Shown: in pieces, positions 50,074 to 63,172 of the stretch
Layout: each line of letters starts with the position of its first letter
How positions within the stretch are numbered: the stretch's first letter is position 1
Assembly (NCBI GenBank): GCA_017654855.1
Contig: CM030332.1
Span: 1,984,001 to 2,048,000, forward strand
Direction: 5' to 3'
DNA length: 64,000 bases
Source of the DNA: Podospora anserina
Taxonomy: Eukaryota
Notes under the pieces: model-generated
Told to the model about the DNA's origin: nothing
Database searches by the model: none
What the model saw: the letters and a program-made list of their open reading frames with translations, nothing else
Program-made: the position numbers and the translations under genes

Positions 50074-52977
50074 ATGACGGTTTTTATTGCTTCACTGTGA
50101 GTCTCTTGCCGTCAATGCTGTGCGGGCTGCCTGAAGCACTATACTTACGTTTTTCTGTACAGATTCCTCCCCAAGACTATTCATTTCACACTCCCCGGCA
50201 CACCTCCGCGCGGGTCTCGCTCCGAGAAGCCTCAGCCCAATCCGAGGCCAGCGCCACCTGAGCGGCAGCCTAGCCTGTTCCAACCGCCCAGTATCACCCC
50301 GCCTCATACTCCGACCGACGAGAAGAAGCCCAGCGGTCTCTTCACTAACGAGGATGGGCTGCGGGTTCATATTCCAACAACGACAGCGATTGGAGAGGAT
50401 GGTGTTCGTGCGCCAGCTGACCGAAGCTCTCCCACCTGGGGAGGTCGTTTAGATCAGCCAATGTCGCGGGCGAACTCACCGCCACCTCCTTCGTTGATCC
50501 AGAAGGCTAGAAACCTGCATCAGAAGGCCAAGGAGATGGGTCGGGCCGGCATCACACAACCTCGCACCCTCGATAGAAGCGAGAGCCACGAGAGGGTTTT
50601 TGCACATGCCAACTGGAAGATCGTTAACGCTGACCAGGGAAATGGCGGTCTTCGAAATGCTGCCGAGGCGGCTTCCAGAGAGGGAAAGGTTGGAGACTGC
50701 ACTTGGGTCGGCACCCTTGGTATGCCCACGGATGCTCTCCAGGGCACTCAACAACTCCAGGATATTCAGGACAAGCTCGCCACGGAGCACGACATGCTCA
50801 GTGTCTGCCCCTCCGACAAGGACTTTGATGGACACTACTCTCACTTCTGTAAACAAATTCTGTGGCCAGTGTTTCATTACCAGATTCCCGACAACCCCAA
50901 GAGCAAGGCATACGAGGATCATTCATGGAAATACTATGTCAATGTCAACCAAGCGTTCGCCGATGTCATCGTTAAGAACTGGAAGCGGGGCGACGTCGTT
51001 TGGGTTCACGACTACCATCTTCTCTTGGTCCCTGGCATGGTACGAAAGAAGCTGCCAGAAGCCAAGATTTGCTTCTTCCTTCACGTGGCCTTCCCGTCAT
51101 CTGAGGTGTTCCGTTGCCTGGCGGTTCGGAAACAGCTGCTGGAAGGCATGCTCGGTGCCAATCTGATTGGATTCCAGATCCACGAGTACACGAGACATTT
51201 TCTTCAGACCTGCAGTCGACTCCTTAGTGCGGAGGCCACTCCAGACGGACTCCAGTTGGAAGACCGCTTTGTCGACGTTGTCAACCTCCCAATCGGGATC
51301 GATCCTGTTAGTCTCAGCCAGCATCGTGAAGAAGACGAGGTTAAGAGATGGCTGGACACCATGAGGGAGCGTTACGCTGGCAAGAAGCTCATTGTTGCTC
51401 GCGACAAACTGGATCACGTTCGTGGCGTGAGACAAAAGCTCCTCTCATATGAGCTTTTCCTGAATAAGAATCCGGAGTGGAGGGACAAGGTTGTCCTCAT
51501 CCAAGTGGCGCTTTCCACCAGCGAGAAGAGCGAGCTGGACGCGACTGTTAGCGACATCGTCACTCGCGTCAACTCCTCGTGGGCCAACTTGGCGTACCAG
51601 CCCGTCGTCTACCTCAAGCAAGACATCGACTATGCGCAGTATCTTGCTCTATTGAGCGTTGCGGACGCCCTCATGATCACCAGCCAACGCGAGGGCATGA
51701 ACTTAACCTCGCATGAGTACCTCTTTTGCCAGGACGGCAAGATCAGCGAAAAGAAGCATGGATCTCTGATTCTCTCTGAGTTCACTGGCACGTCGTCCCT
51801 CTTTGGCGGAAATGAGCTTTCGGTCAACCCTTGGGATTATCGGGCCTGTGCGGATGCGATCAAGAAGGCTCTGGAGATGGAGGATGAGGAGAAAGAGATG
51901 CGATGGACCAAGCTGTACGAGGCAGTCAACCACCACACAGGGTCTCATTGGTTTTCCGAGATCCTGGCTCGCCTCGATATTGTGTATGAACAGCAGCACC
52001 GTCACGACCAAACCTCTGTTCCCCGACTTTCACTCAACACGCTGGTTCAACAGTACAACAGGACGGAGAGAAGGCTGTTTATCCTCGATTTTGAGGGCAC
52101 CCTGGTCAGCTGGGGGCCAGTCAACCAGATCATTCCTGTCAGCCCACAGGTATGCTTTCTTCAGCAATTTCCTTTTGAGTGATCATCAACTAACAGAGCA
52201 CTACTAGCGCACCCTTGACGTATTGAACGACCTGCTCCTTGACGATCGTAACACTATTTTTGTTATGTCTGGCCGCAGACCGGAAGAGCTGGATCGTCTG
52301 TTCCGCCGTGTCCCTAATCTCGGCCTCATTGCTGAGAACGGTTGTTTCCTCAGAAACTGTGGTAGCACGGAGTGGACCGAGATGGCTGATGCGGATCAAA
52401 TTCGCTCCTGGAAGGATTCCGTCAGAGGTATCCTGACATACTACATCGAGCGCACCCCAGGCGCCGAGATAGAGGATCGGCGCTGCTCGCTCATCTTCCA
52501 CTATAAGTCGGCGGAAGATTACGAATCTGCCACCCGACAGGCCTTGGATTGTGCTAGTCACATCAACGACGCTTGTGAGGACCAGCGAGTCCACGCTATT
52601 CCCATGGAGGGCTGCGTCCTTGTGGAGCCGCTTGACTGGACCAAGAGCACGGCTGCCCAAAGGATCTTTTCCGATCTTCGCGACCGCATGGCGCCAGATG
52701 CGACTCACACGTCGCCAGTGGACTTCCTCATGGTTGTCGGTGATGGACGTGAGGACGAGAAGGTCTTCAAGTGGGCCAACGGTTTGGGCGAGGAGGGCCT
52801 TGTGGAAGAGGTTGTGACGGTCAGCCTGGGAACAAGAAACACGGAGGCGACCGCCACCATGACACAGGGCGTGAGTGGTAAGTGACAACAATCACGGAGG
52901 ATCGATTTGCAGAGTCAAGACTAACACGCAATACAGGTGTACTCATGGCTCTACAGAGACTGGGATCAATCGCGTAA
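50074..52977 (+). CDS. TPS3: Trehalose-phosphate synthase complex regulatory subunit (TPS3/TSL1-like)
   Basis: MTVFIASL|FLPKTIHF; GT20 motifs WVGTLG, FCKQILWPVFHY, WVHDYHLLLVP, FFLHVAFPSSEVFRCL, REGMNL, LILSEFTG. The HAD-like domain has degenerate ILDFEGTL, lacking the second Asp of DxD. Introns 50097-50162, 52150-52207, 52878-52936. Confidence 0.9.
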
Positions 52978-54362
52978 GCAGTTGCCCCATCCCCTCCCTA
53001 GCCTCCTTTGCTAGGCCAGATGCCAATGGTAATGTTGCAGGTCCGTTGTGCCCACGCAACATCGCCGGAAGAGCTCTGTTAGAGGTGTGATTTTGCCGCC
53101 AGACGCTGAGCTCCAGTTCCTGCCGACGTCGTAGTTGACTCGGGGGTCCGTGTGGGGTCAGTGTGGTGTGCGCCGTTATTCGGTGTGATGAGGTGTGGTA
53201 CCTACCCCGCCTTGTTGTTGTTTTGCTTGGCTTGGTCGGGTTGATTTGTCGCCCCTTTTTGCGAGCATATACTGCAGCCTTTCTTTGTATGCGCTCGGCT
53301 CCTTGCATGGTAGAACCTCGTGTGTTCTGCCAGCGCAGCCAAGACTGTTGTTTTTGTGCTTCTGGGTCTTGTCGCAGTTTTTACGCCGTCCTGTATGGTA
53401 TTCTTTTACGATGAGGCAAACCTCTACGTTCTACAGTGGACTGTGAGGTGATTGGGATGGAAATTCTATGGGTTAACACAAAGAAAAGCAGACAGTCGAA
53501 ACGCTATGATACGCGAACTCGTCGATAGTATCGAACGGATTCAGAGGGCAAAGAGAGAGAGAGATTGGAATCGCTTCAGCAATGATTAAGGGCCTCGGTA
53601 TAGATATGGGATGGGGGTTTATTTCTTTTCGGTGGTGGAAACTTTGGTGGCCTTCTCCTTCTTTGCTCAAGAGTTATTAGCCTGCACATGTTTTATCAAT
53701 TGCATGTTTATATGGATCATGGCGTTTGGAGCCTTTGTTCGTTGGTTGATGAGCTGTCCCAGATCATGACAGGCGGTTTACCTATCTTACCTAGTTTATG
53801 TACTGTACAAAGTGGAACATGGAATACATTTTTGCTCTCCTCTGCTCCCTAGAGACCTATGTTTTGTTTGCGTTCGGAACCATCACCAACATTGACCCCC
53901 TTCGGCAATGACATCATGTTCCGCTATCGGATGGCGGGGTTTGTGCTGGTTCTCTTTTCCTAGGTACCCCGCGATTTCCAGCCAATCTTGCATTATCCCT
54001 GGACCCCTGAAAAGAGCTTTGACGAGCTGCCCCTCATTCAGTGGGCAGCCGCGAGACAAGCCGAATCGGAGAGAGCTCAGGTCCCGAGGACATTAGGTCG
54101 GGCAATACCATCAGAGCAAGTGGCTTGCTGACCTCGGACTGTTTCACACCGTGTTTTGAGCGACGGTCAAGTCGAGGTATCATCACTCGAATCCGTTTTG
54201 GTCTTTGTAGTATTCGAAGACTGAGACTTTCTGGTTTGTACCTAGGTAGTTTGCTTTGAGTCATCCCCTATTGAGCTACTTCGGCGCAAGATCACCTGCA
54301 CAAACGGAAGGGCGGATTTACAACACTCCTACCGCATATCAAGTCAACAAAAAACATCCAAG

Positions 54363-55681
54363 ATGGCTTCGACGTTTCCTCCCCCTCCGGTCAACACCAT
54401 CGACTGGTCCAATGTCGGCTTCAAAGTTAGAGAAGGTCCGTACCACCTACTACCAACCACCACAAGTTCCATTGACAAACCTTGTATTACTTACACACCT
54501 CGACAGTAAACGGCCACATTGAATCCCATTACTCGGTCAAGACAGGCCAATGGTCACCCCTCCAGTTCGTCACCGACCCCTACATCCGCCTCCACGGCAT
54601 GGCCCCGGCCCTCAACTACGGCCAGCAAGCCTACGAAGGCCTCAAAGCCTTCCGCCTCCCGGGCAACAACAAGATCGCCATATTCCGCCCTGACCGCAAC
54701 GCGGCCCGGCTCCAGCACTCGGCCGAGTTCATCTCTGTCCCTCCGGTCCCTGTCGACCTCTTTATCGCCGCAGTCAAGGCGGCTGTCGCTCTCAACGCCG
54801 AATTTGTGCCTCCCCACGAGACAGGCGCGGCGATGTACATTCGGCCGCAAGTCTATGGTTCTTCGGCCCAGTTGGGACTGACGCCGCCGGAGGAGTACAT
54901 GTTTTGCGTTTATGTCTTGCCCACGGGGGTTTACCACGGGACTCACCCTGTCAGGGCGCTGATTATGGATGAGTTTGACCGGGCTGCCCCGAATGGGACG
55001 GGGAGCGCCAAGGTGGGGGGGAACTATGCTCCTGTGCTGCGGTGGAGTGATAAGGCTCGGGGGGAGGGGTATGGCATCACGCTGCATTTGGACAGCAAGA
55101 GGCACGAGGAGGTGGATGAGTTTTCTACGAGTGGGTTTATTGGGGTTTTGAGGGAAGGGGGCAAGGTGACGCTGGTGGTGCCGGATAGTAGGGCGGTGAT
55201 TGACAGTGTTACTAGTCTGAGTGTGCAGGAGATTGGGAGGGATTTTGGTTGGGGGGTGGAGAAGAGGGCGGTAGGTTCTTCATTGTGGTGAACACGAAGG
55301 CAAATGGCTAACGGCGATGGGTTGTGACAGATCAAGTATGACGAGCTGCCCAAGTTCTCAGAGGTGCTGGCTGCGGGCACGGCAGCTGCTCTTGTGCCCA
55401 TCCGGTCGATCACCAAACGTGACAGCAACCGGCTTGCGGGACAGGCTCGCGTGTCTAGCAGCAATGGCGCGGAGACTGTTACGTACATTCCCGAGGGTAT
55501 CGAGGAGCCAGGCGAGATCTGCACCAAGCTTCTCGAGCAACTTAAGGGTATCCAGCTCGGCAAGATCGAGGACAAGTTTGGCTGGCGGTTCGAGGTTACG
55601 GAGCAGGATGGCAAGAGCGTTGTCGGCGAGAGTGACTCGGGTGGCGCTGCGGATGCTGATTCTGTGGACCAGCTTGACTAG
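54363..55681 (+). CDS. Branched-chain amino-acid aminotransferase-like protein (PLP fold IV, TOXF-like subfamily)
   Basis: IDWSNVGF, LNYGQQAYEGLKAFR, FRPDRNAARL, MYIRP, PLP lysine AKVGGNY, DEFSTSGF, IDSVT, EVLAAGTAAALVPI. Introns 54436-54507 and 55271-55330. Confidence 0.93.
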
Positions 55682-57872
55682 GAGGTTTCGTTTTTTGGAC
55701 CATGGGACTTGTGATCCGTGTTGTCACTTGGACGATGGTGTAGTGTAGGAGGTATCCTGGGCCGCGGTGCATTACCCGAGGCTCACCATCTTTATTACCT
55801 TACGGAGGTTGTTGTCGGGATAAACAAAAACAGGGTTAAACAAGAGATGTCACTAACAAAAAAAAAGTCCCGCACTTTTCTCGAGTTCAGACAAGTCCCC
55901 CGCTGTGAAACCTTTGCATATTCGATCTTTGCACTGCCACAATGTCGGCTCCAAAACCCCTCACTATCGTGACCTGCTTGTCCGGAGTGTGTTACAGGTC
56001 TTGGCGCATGGGAAGGAAGGGGACATTACCGCGGGATTTGCATTCTGTAATGGCATTCCTTGGATGGTGGAAACGCATCTGGCGGGATGCTGTTTTGAGG
56101 ATAGAGGAGGTGGGCTCAGTCAGGATCGACTCTGTTGTGGAACCCCTGGATGTGATGGTGGCACCATTAGGGATAGAAGGAGGGGGGTTGTTTACGAGCT
56201 GAGGGATATGGGGGAAGCATAGTTACTGCTCTGTTGCTGCATTTGCCCATGCCGTGAGATGGATGTTGGAGGTCAGAAAGAGGCCATGTTCGAGGTTGCA
56301 CCGTCGCTCTTTATTCCATGAATCTTTGATCATTACATTTCGAGTCACCACAGCGTTTTCTCTTAAAGACCACACTCTCGCTCGTTCAGTGACGCGCGCT
56401 CTTGCTGCTTGGTGATCTTGAATTCAACTCCCTCCCGCACTCTGCTGTCGACGGTCAAAACAAGAAACCCGAAGGAATCCAAGCCATCACCTGTCCTCTC
56501 TCCAAAAGATCCCAGCCCAAATCCCCGACTTGGCACATACCCGGAACGCTGCCGCGGTGGGCGGCCTCCGGGAGTAAAAGAGACATGTGCCCCTGCCAAC
56601 CCTTCCTGGGTCTTTGGGTACAAACCCGGAGGACTGGGTTGTCATTGAATGGTGCAAGGGTTCTGCTTGGCAATAAGGTTCTGGGCTTGGGTGGAGCGAG
56701 CCAGAAAGCTTGAGGCTTGCCAAGAGCGATGCCAAGGCCAGCTTGGCAGCCGTTGGGGTTTGGAACAAGACATGGAGGTGGTGGAATTTTGATGTCTTCA
56801 TCCGAAGTGGATTGAAGATGGGAGGGGATGATGGGTTGGTGAGGTCATTGAGGGAGGGGGAAGATGTGTGTTATCGGGTGAGTCTGAGGCTCTGAAGTGA
56901 AGTGTCGGTTGGAGTTGGGCCGTTTGCTGAGGGGCATGGGGATCTTATCAGACCATGTTGTCTTCACACCTCATTTTCTGGCTCTCAACTCATTCTGGGA
57001 TGGTTGTGAGGTTGGACTTTTGGGTTTTGGTGAGTTAGACTGGGAGACGGTCGGCCTCTTACATTTCACTGTCTCTGATGGGCCAGTCCATGGACTTCGT
57101 GTTCGAAGTGGACGCCTTAACGGGGCACGGTGTTGATTCCTTACCTGAGGTACCTTACCTATCTTTCGTGGTCCTCAGCTCACAGACGACCGATACTTAC
57201 ACGGTCTCGTCCCCAAGCCTCAACATCCCTATTCCTTGATTCCTTCGTGTCCTTGCCGTGTCGATCTCTAACCTGCTTGGTAGGTAGGTAGCATCAACCA
57301 CGCTTCCACCACTTAACCCGATGGCTGCCGCGGGGCATGCCGGCCAGGGATAGACCCCCGCGGCTGTAGACGGTGACGGGAAGGATGAAGCAGGGAGGTG
57401 CTCAATCAAGCGCGCATGCATGACTTTCACGAGCATGTAGCTCACCCTCATTGACACTGACCACTCACATGAGATATCGCTATCTGCCCTTAGAATGACT
57501 AGAGGACGGGACGTTGAGCTGGACCCAAGGACCCAGCGCCCTACCACAGAGCTCCCCAGAAGCTCGTGTGCTCGCGACCCCCATGACCCACACCACTGAA
57601 CGTTGCGAGAAACGTGGTTTACCGATATCTCATTATGCAAATCTATCTCGCATCCTTATCTCACGGTTGTTTCGACTGCTGGACGAGAAGCTGAGTCTCG
57701 TCTTGAGACAAGCTGAACTATAAAGCCGACACAGCACGATCCTGTCGGTTTTGTTCCGAGATATCATCCCTTTTCTTGACTTTCATTTTCATCATACCAA
57801 GTCTTGACCCCATTCCATGACCAGCAACGCAACAGTTCAACGTTCAACTGCCGAAGCCATAACCCTGACACC

Positions 57873-60622
57873 ATGGCCGACACACCACCACCACCGATAA
57901 CATCGAAGGCCAATGACGACCTGCCTCCCCTAAACAATGTCCCGTCTGAACCCACGGCCCGCTCTACCGGTATCTCCTTTGGGCCAGACTTGCGAGGAGA
58001 CATCGGACCTAGCCAGGCCGGCGGTATTTACAACACCAGAAGCATCACAAGGGCGTCTTTTGACAGACGAACCGCCGGTGACATCTCTCAGGAGAATGGT
58101 GGACCTTCCAACAGTAGCGATGATGTGGAAGAGGGGGATGACTGGCGTGATAAGCATGGCAAAACGAAGCAGGTGTTTAAGGGTACTACACTGTTATGGT
58201 GTGTCGGGCTCCATTTCCCTTTTTTGATGCTGCTCTTTAGGATGTTGTGATACTAACAAGATTCTGCATGTCTGTAGGCTAGCATACCAATCCATCGGTG
58301 TTATCTACGGAGACATTGGCACCAGGTATGATCGTCAGACGTCTCGGTTGCTGTCCGGTAGCAATGCTGATCCACAGGGGTAGTCCCCTGTATGTCTACT
58401 CGTCGACATTCCTCGAACCGCCTACTCAAGAAGACCTTCTGCAAGTGCTCTCAGTCATCATCTGGTCGTTGACCATTATGGTCACGGTCAAATATGTCTT
58501 TATCATCCTGCACGCGGACAATGAGGGAGAAGGTGGCACTTTCAGTTGTTACTCACTCCTTACCAGATTTGTGAATCCCCTCAATAAAGCCCACCCTCGA
58601 ATCATGCTGGCAATTACTTACAGAGGGGGACAGGCAAACATCACCTCGCGCGACCCTCGAGAAGAAGTGCTTGTGCGCATGGAACGCCACTCGACAATGG
58701 ACATGCGCAAACCGAACCGTACCATTCGCGACCGGATCGAACGAAGCAAGTTTACCCATGGGCTCCTCAAGACGATTGGAGTCTTGGCCGTATCCATGGT
58801 CATTGCCGACGGTGTCCTTACACCCGCTCAATCCGTCCTTGGCGCTGTCCAGGGGCTCAAGGTCGTGAAGCCAGACCTGTCATCTTCGGCGATTGTCGGT
58901 ACCTCTTGTGGCATCCTCATTGTCTTGTTCCTGATACAGCCGTTCGGAACCACCAAGCTCGCCTCGGCGTTTGCTCCCATAGTCATCATTTGGTTGGGAT
59001 TCAACGGCGGTTTTGGCATCTACAACCTCGTAAAATACGACTGGGTGGTGCTCAAGGCCTTCAGTCCTTATTTTGCCATCCAATTCTTCTCGCAGCACAA
59101 GACACACGGTTGGAGGATGCTGGGCGGTATCCTGTTATCATTTACGGGAGTGGAAGCATTGTTTGCGGATCTTGGTGCCTTCAGCCTTCGCGCTATTCAG
59201 CTGAGCTGGATGTGCTACGCCTACCCTTGCTTGTTGCTGGCGTACATCGGTCAAGCGGCCTTCATCAGTGTTCACCCCGAAGCCTATGCCAACCCCTTCT
59301 TCAACTGTGTCCCCCCGGGCATGCTCTACCCCTCCCTGGTGGTAGCCGTCCTGGCAGCCATCGTCGCCAGCCAGGCCATGATCACAGCAACATTTCAGCT
59401 CACCAGCCAAATCATGAAGCTCTCCTACTGCCCCCAAGTCAAGGTGGTGCACACCTCTCGCGTCTTCCACGGCCAGCTTTACGTCCCCTTCCTTAACTGG
59501 ATCCTCATGATCGGCGCTGTCCTCGTCACAGCCGTCTACAGCGACACCACCCGCCTCGGCAACGCCTACGGCGTCTGCGTCATGTTCGTCACCTTCTTCG
59601 ACACCTGCATGGTCACGCTTGTGGCGCTGATAGTCTGGAAACTGTCCCCCTTTTTGATCTTCATCCCATGGCTCTTCTTCGCCACCATGGACGGGCTGTA
59701 TCTTTCCTCGGCTCTCAACAAAGTCCCCGACGGGGCGTGGTTCACCATCACCGTCTCTGGGATCCTCACTGCCATCTTCCTCCTCTGGAGATTTGGCAAG
59801 GAGAACCAGTGGCGCGCCGAGGCGGAGGACCGCTTCAGGCCTACTGAACTTGTTGGTAAGGACCAGAAGGGACATTTGTGCCTTACGACCAAATGGGGAG
59901 GTGAACCGTTGAGTGTCATTAGAGGTTTGGGGATCTACTTTGATAAGACGGGTGTGATGACTCCAGCTGTTTTCACACATTTTGTCAGTAAATTTGTTGC
60001 TGTACCTGAGGTGGCTGTGTTTTTCCATCTTCATCCGGTGGAGATCCCGACTGTTTCCCCTGAGGAGAGGTATCACGTCTCAAAGTTTGGGACTCTACCG
60101 GGGTGTTACCGGCTGGTGATCAAGCACGGGTTCATGGACGAGGTGATCAGTCCTGATTTGGCTGCGTTGATATACAATCAGGTGAGGAAGGCGATTATCC
60201 GGCAGGCGAAGGAGCGGCTGGGACTTGGCCCGTCAAAGGAGGTGGGGGATGAGGACGAGGACGAGGTCGGTGGGGAGAAGAATGGGGATAATAATACCAC
60301 GAGTACCAGCACCAGGACTACTACTACCACGGGGTTGGCGGGTGGACCTCCTGGGCTGAACTCGAGGTCGAATAGGCTGCCGGTGGAACTGAGGGATCAT
60401 GAGGTTGCGGATGAGCTGGCCAAGCTTGATAAGGCTTTTGCGGCGAAGATTATGTATATTGTTGGCAAGGAGCAGATGAGGGTGAGGAGGTCGAGCTCGA
60501 TTGGGAGGAGGATTGTGCTGTCGATTTTCTTGTGGATTAGGGAGAATACGAGGGCGAAGATTGCGAATTTGAGGTTGGCTATGGATAGGGTTGTTGAGGT
60601 TGGGTTTGTGAAGGAGATATGA
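57873..60622 (+). CDS. hak-1: HAK/KUP high-affinity K+ transporter
   Basis: LAYQSIGVIYGDIGTSPLYV after splicing, ADNEGEGGTF, DGVLTPAQSVLGAVQG, TGVEALFADLG, AIVASQAMIT, GQLYVP, LGNAYG. Introns 58199-58277, 58326-58383 and 58571-58633. Confidence 0.94.
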
Positions 60623-60998
60623 GGGGGGGTTGGGTGGCCCGTGTAGGTCGCGCGATGTTGGATCAGGAGCAACTTGTTGTCAATAAGTGGGGCCTCTTTG
60701 TGTGGATGGCTTTGGCTGATGGAAATCATCCCCTGAGGAGCAAATTCTCTTCAAAGAGATTATGAGAGAATGATACTTGTTTGATTGTTTACAGTTTCAC
60801 AGAGAGGCTATTGACACGGGGTGAAGCAGTTCAGGGGCAGCTCGGCAGGGGACATGTCACCACAGCGCCAAAACCGACAGATTGTGCTTCCAATCACGAG
60901 AAAATAAGTCTTTTGCTATCCAAAAAGGAATCTCCAAGACTTGTTTGTTGCCTATATTTCCCACCATACTACACCAACGCTGACCCCAAAGCGCTGCA

Positions 60999-61962
60999 TC
61001 AGAGTGTATGCCTCGGTGCAGCCCACCTCTCCCCATCCACAAAGTTTGCCTCTCCATCCTGCATTACCACCGCCAGATTCCACCTTTTCAGGCCAGGAAA
61101 GAAGTTACCCTCCTCTTTTCCCCCTTCTCCCTCTTCCCTCTGATCCATGTCAGCCCACATGATCTTGCACTTCTTGGAGACTTGTTCATACCCCCCCATC
61201 TTGACCCACTCCTCCCCCGTTCCCGGGAGCTCTTCTTGGGAAGCCTGGCTATTTTCTGGTAAGGGAGGTTGCACCAAAGTGACGTCGATCCTTAACCTTG
61301 GAAGCCAGTGGTTCGAGAAGGGGAAGGATGGGAGGTAGGGGATCATCTTGAGGGTGCACTTGAATAAGGGGGTGGTGCTGGGGGTTGATTCAGTTGGGTC
61401 GTAGGGAGTAGTGTGGTCGTGGGGGTAGACTCGGAGGGTTTGGACATTGGGGTTGGATGGGTCGGGGGTTGACCAGGTGAATTTGGCAAGGTGTTTGGGG
61501 AGGTTCCAGACTGTGATGCGGTGTTAGACTGGTCCATGAGAAAACAGAGTAGTGGGGAAACAAACGCTTTCGGCCGTTCGAACAGGTGTATTTCTGGCTG
61601 ACGTAGATTCGGGTGATCCTCATGGCCTTGCCGGTTTTCTTCTTGGTTGAGCTGGCTTGGTCGTCTGGGAGGGGGTATTCGAATGTGCCGGGACAGAGGA
61701 TGAGTTCGTCGTAGGGGCCGACGGGGGTTTCGTGGTAGCGGATTATCTGGACCATGCTGAGACCCCCGAGGGGTTTGCCTGATGCTTGGGGGGAGGAGAA
61801 TGAGGACTGGTATTCCAAGGGGTGGTAGGCCTTTTGGGGGAGGTTGGCTGCGGTTTTGGAGGAGGTCCAGAAGGGGATCAGGTACATGGTTGCTTTGGTG
61901 TTCCATGGAGGAGGGGCGGCGAGGATAGGTCCTGTTGGGACGGTGTTGGTTGAAGGAGACAT
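60999..61962 (-). CDS. Conserved fungal protein with acetoacetate-decarboxylase-like fold
   Basis: APPPW, GGLSMVQIIRYHETPVGPYDELILCPG, RITRIYVSQ...NGR(K)|LWNLPKHLAKF, LVQPPLP, NFFPGL. Intron about 61511-61565 joins track ORFs 61390-62124 and 60999-61346. Confidence 0.82.
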
Positions 61963-63172
61963 TTTGATTGGTGTTTTCTTCTCGGTGTTGGACGAATTAC
62001 TATGACTAGAGTCGCAATCAGACAGAAATGTCACAGAATTGGAGAGCTGGCGAGAAAAAGTCAGTGTTATTTTGCCTTGGTTTTCGGATGGTCGTGTCTC
62101 ACATGTCAGCAACCGACCCACCAAAAACCATCAAATCAGGGCCCGAATGGCGTTACATCACTGCATGTGCCAAGCGCAGAGTGCATAAGCATCTTGCATA
62201 GGGCTAAGCGATTCTCTCTTGATCTCAAACAACTTGTCTGGGCTTGTCAGCAGCCTGGAATATATCTAGTTATTCGGTTCAACACCATGTTATGTATTTG
62301 ATTACGGGCGTTGTGGTTAGCGAATAGGACATATTGATGGACGATGAGTGTCACCTAGGATTGAGAGGAAATTGCTACATTGTGTTGAGCTAGGTGTGAT
62401 GTTGATATCTTCACCATGCCTGAGGATGATGACACTGTCTGTATATAATTATCCTTGTCAATGGCCTAGTCACGGCATCATGTCATGGTGTCATTCATCT
62501 CTACCACCGGGCACCTCATCATGGAACTAGTGGTGTTTCTCAATGAGTGTGGGAGTGCCTCTCCAGGGGTATAGGAGTTCCTCTCAGGGGTCATTACACT
62601 CTGCAATACTGGTCCTATTTCCAACCGCATAACCCCTCGTTTTCCCAACATAATAACTGTTTCTTAATCTGTATCTTTGAGAATCGTTAGATCGTCTTGA
62701 ATGCACTAGGAAGGAGCCTCAGGTAGTTGCCTGGAGGTACTCTGGTCCGCTCCTTCCCCCTTCTGTTACAAGGTTGCAAAGCCCTCGGAGGAGTTTCGGC
62801 ACACACACGACTAGTTCTTTTAGGTGTATTTCAATTTCTGCCAGGCTTCGAAACTTTCCTTTGATCTCTCCCGGCCTTCATCAAAGACATCACCATCGTG
62901 CTTGGAACGCCTTCTTATGATCCAACCCATCACCACTATCTCGCAACGCCCTCTCACGATCTTGTAAGACCTCCTCACTACCATTGAAGGTATTGATTCT
63001 AACCTTTTAGGCCTTTCGATTTCAAAATTAGGCCTCGATCTTCTGTTCCAACTCCTTTCAAATCTCTCGATAGGCCTCAATATTATCTTTGAACGCTTAG
63101 TCACTATCTTCGAACGCCCAGTCAGCAGCTTCGAACGCCTCGTTTTTCTCTTCGAAGACCCTCAATTTCACA

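Noticed and set aside
55900-57700. Short ORFs between the aminotransferase and HAK genes
   Set aside because: No coherent frame or motif; treated as intergenic/promoter.
37875-60622. Ca2+/H+ exchanger, CYSTM, TPS3 and HAK as an ion/osmotic stress cluster
   Set aside because: They are interspersed with RSA4 and an aminotransferase; ordinary gene order explains it without synteny or co-expression data.
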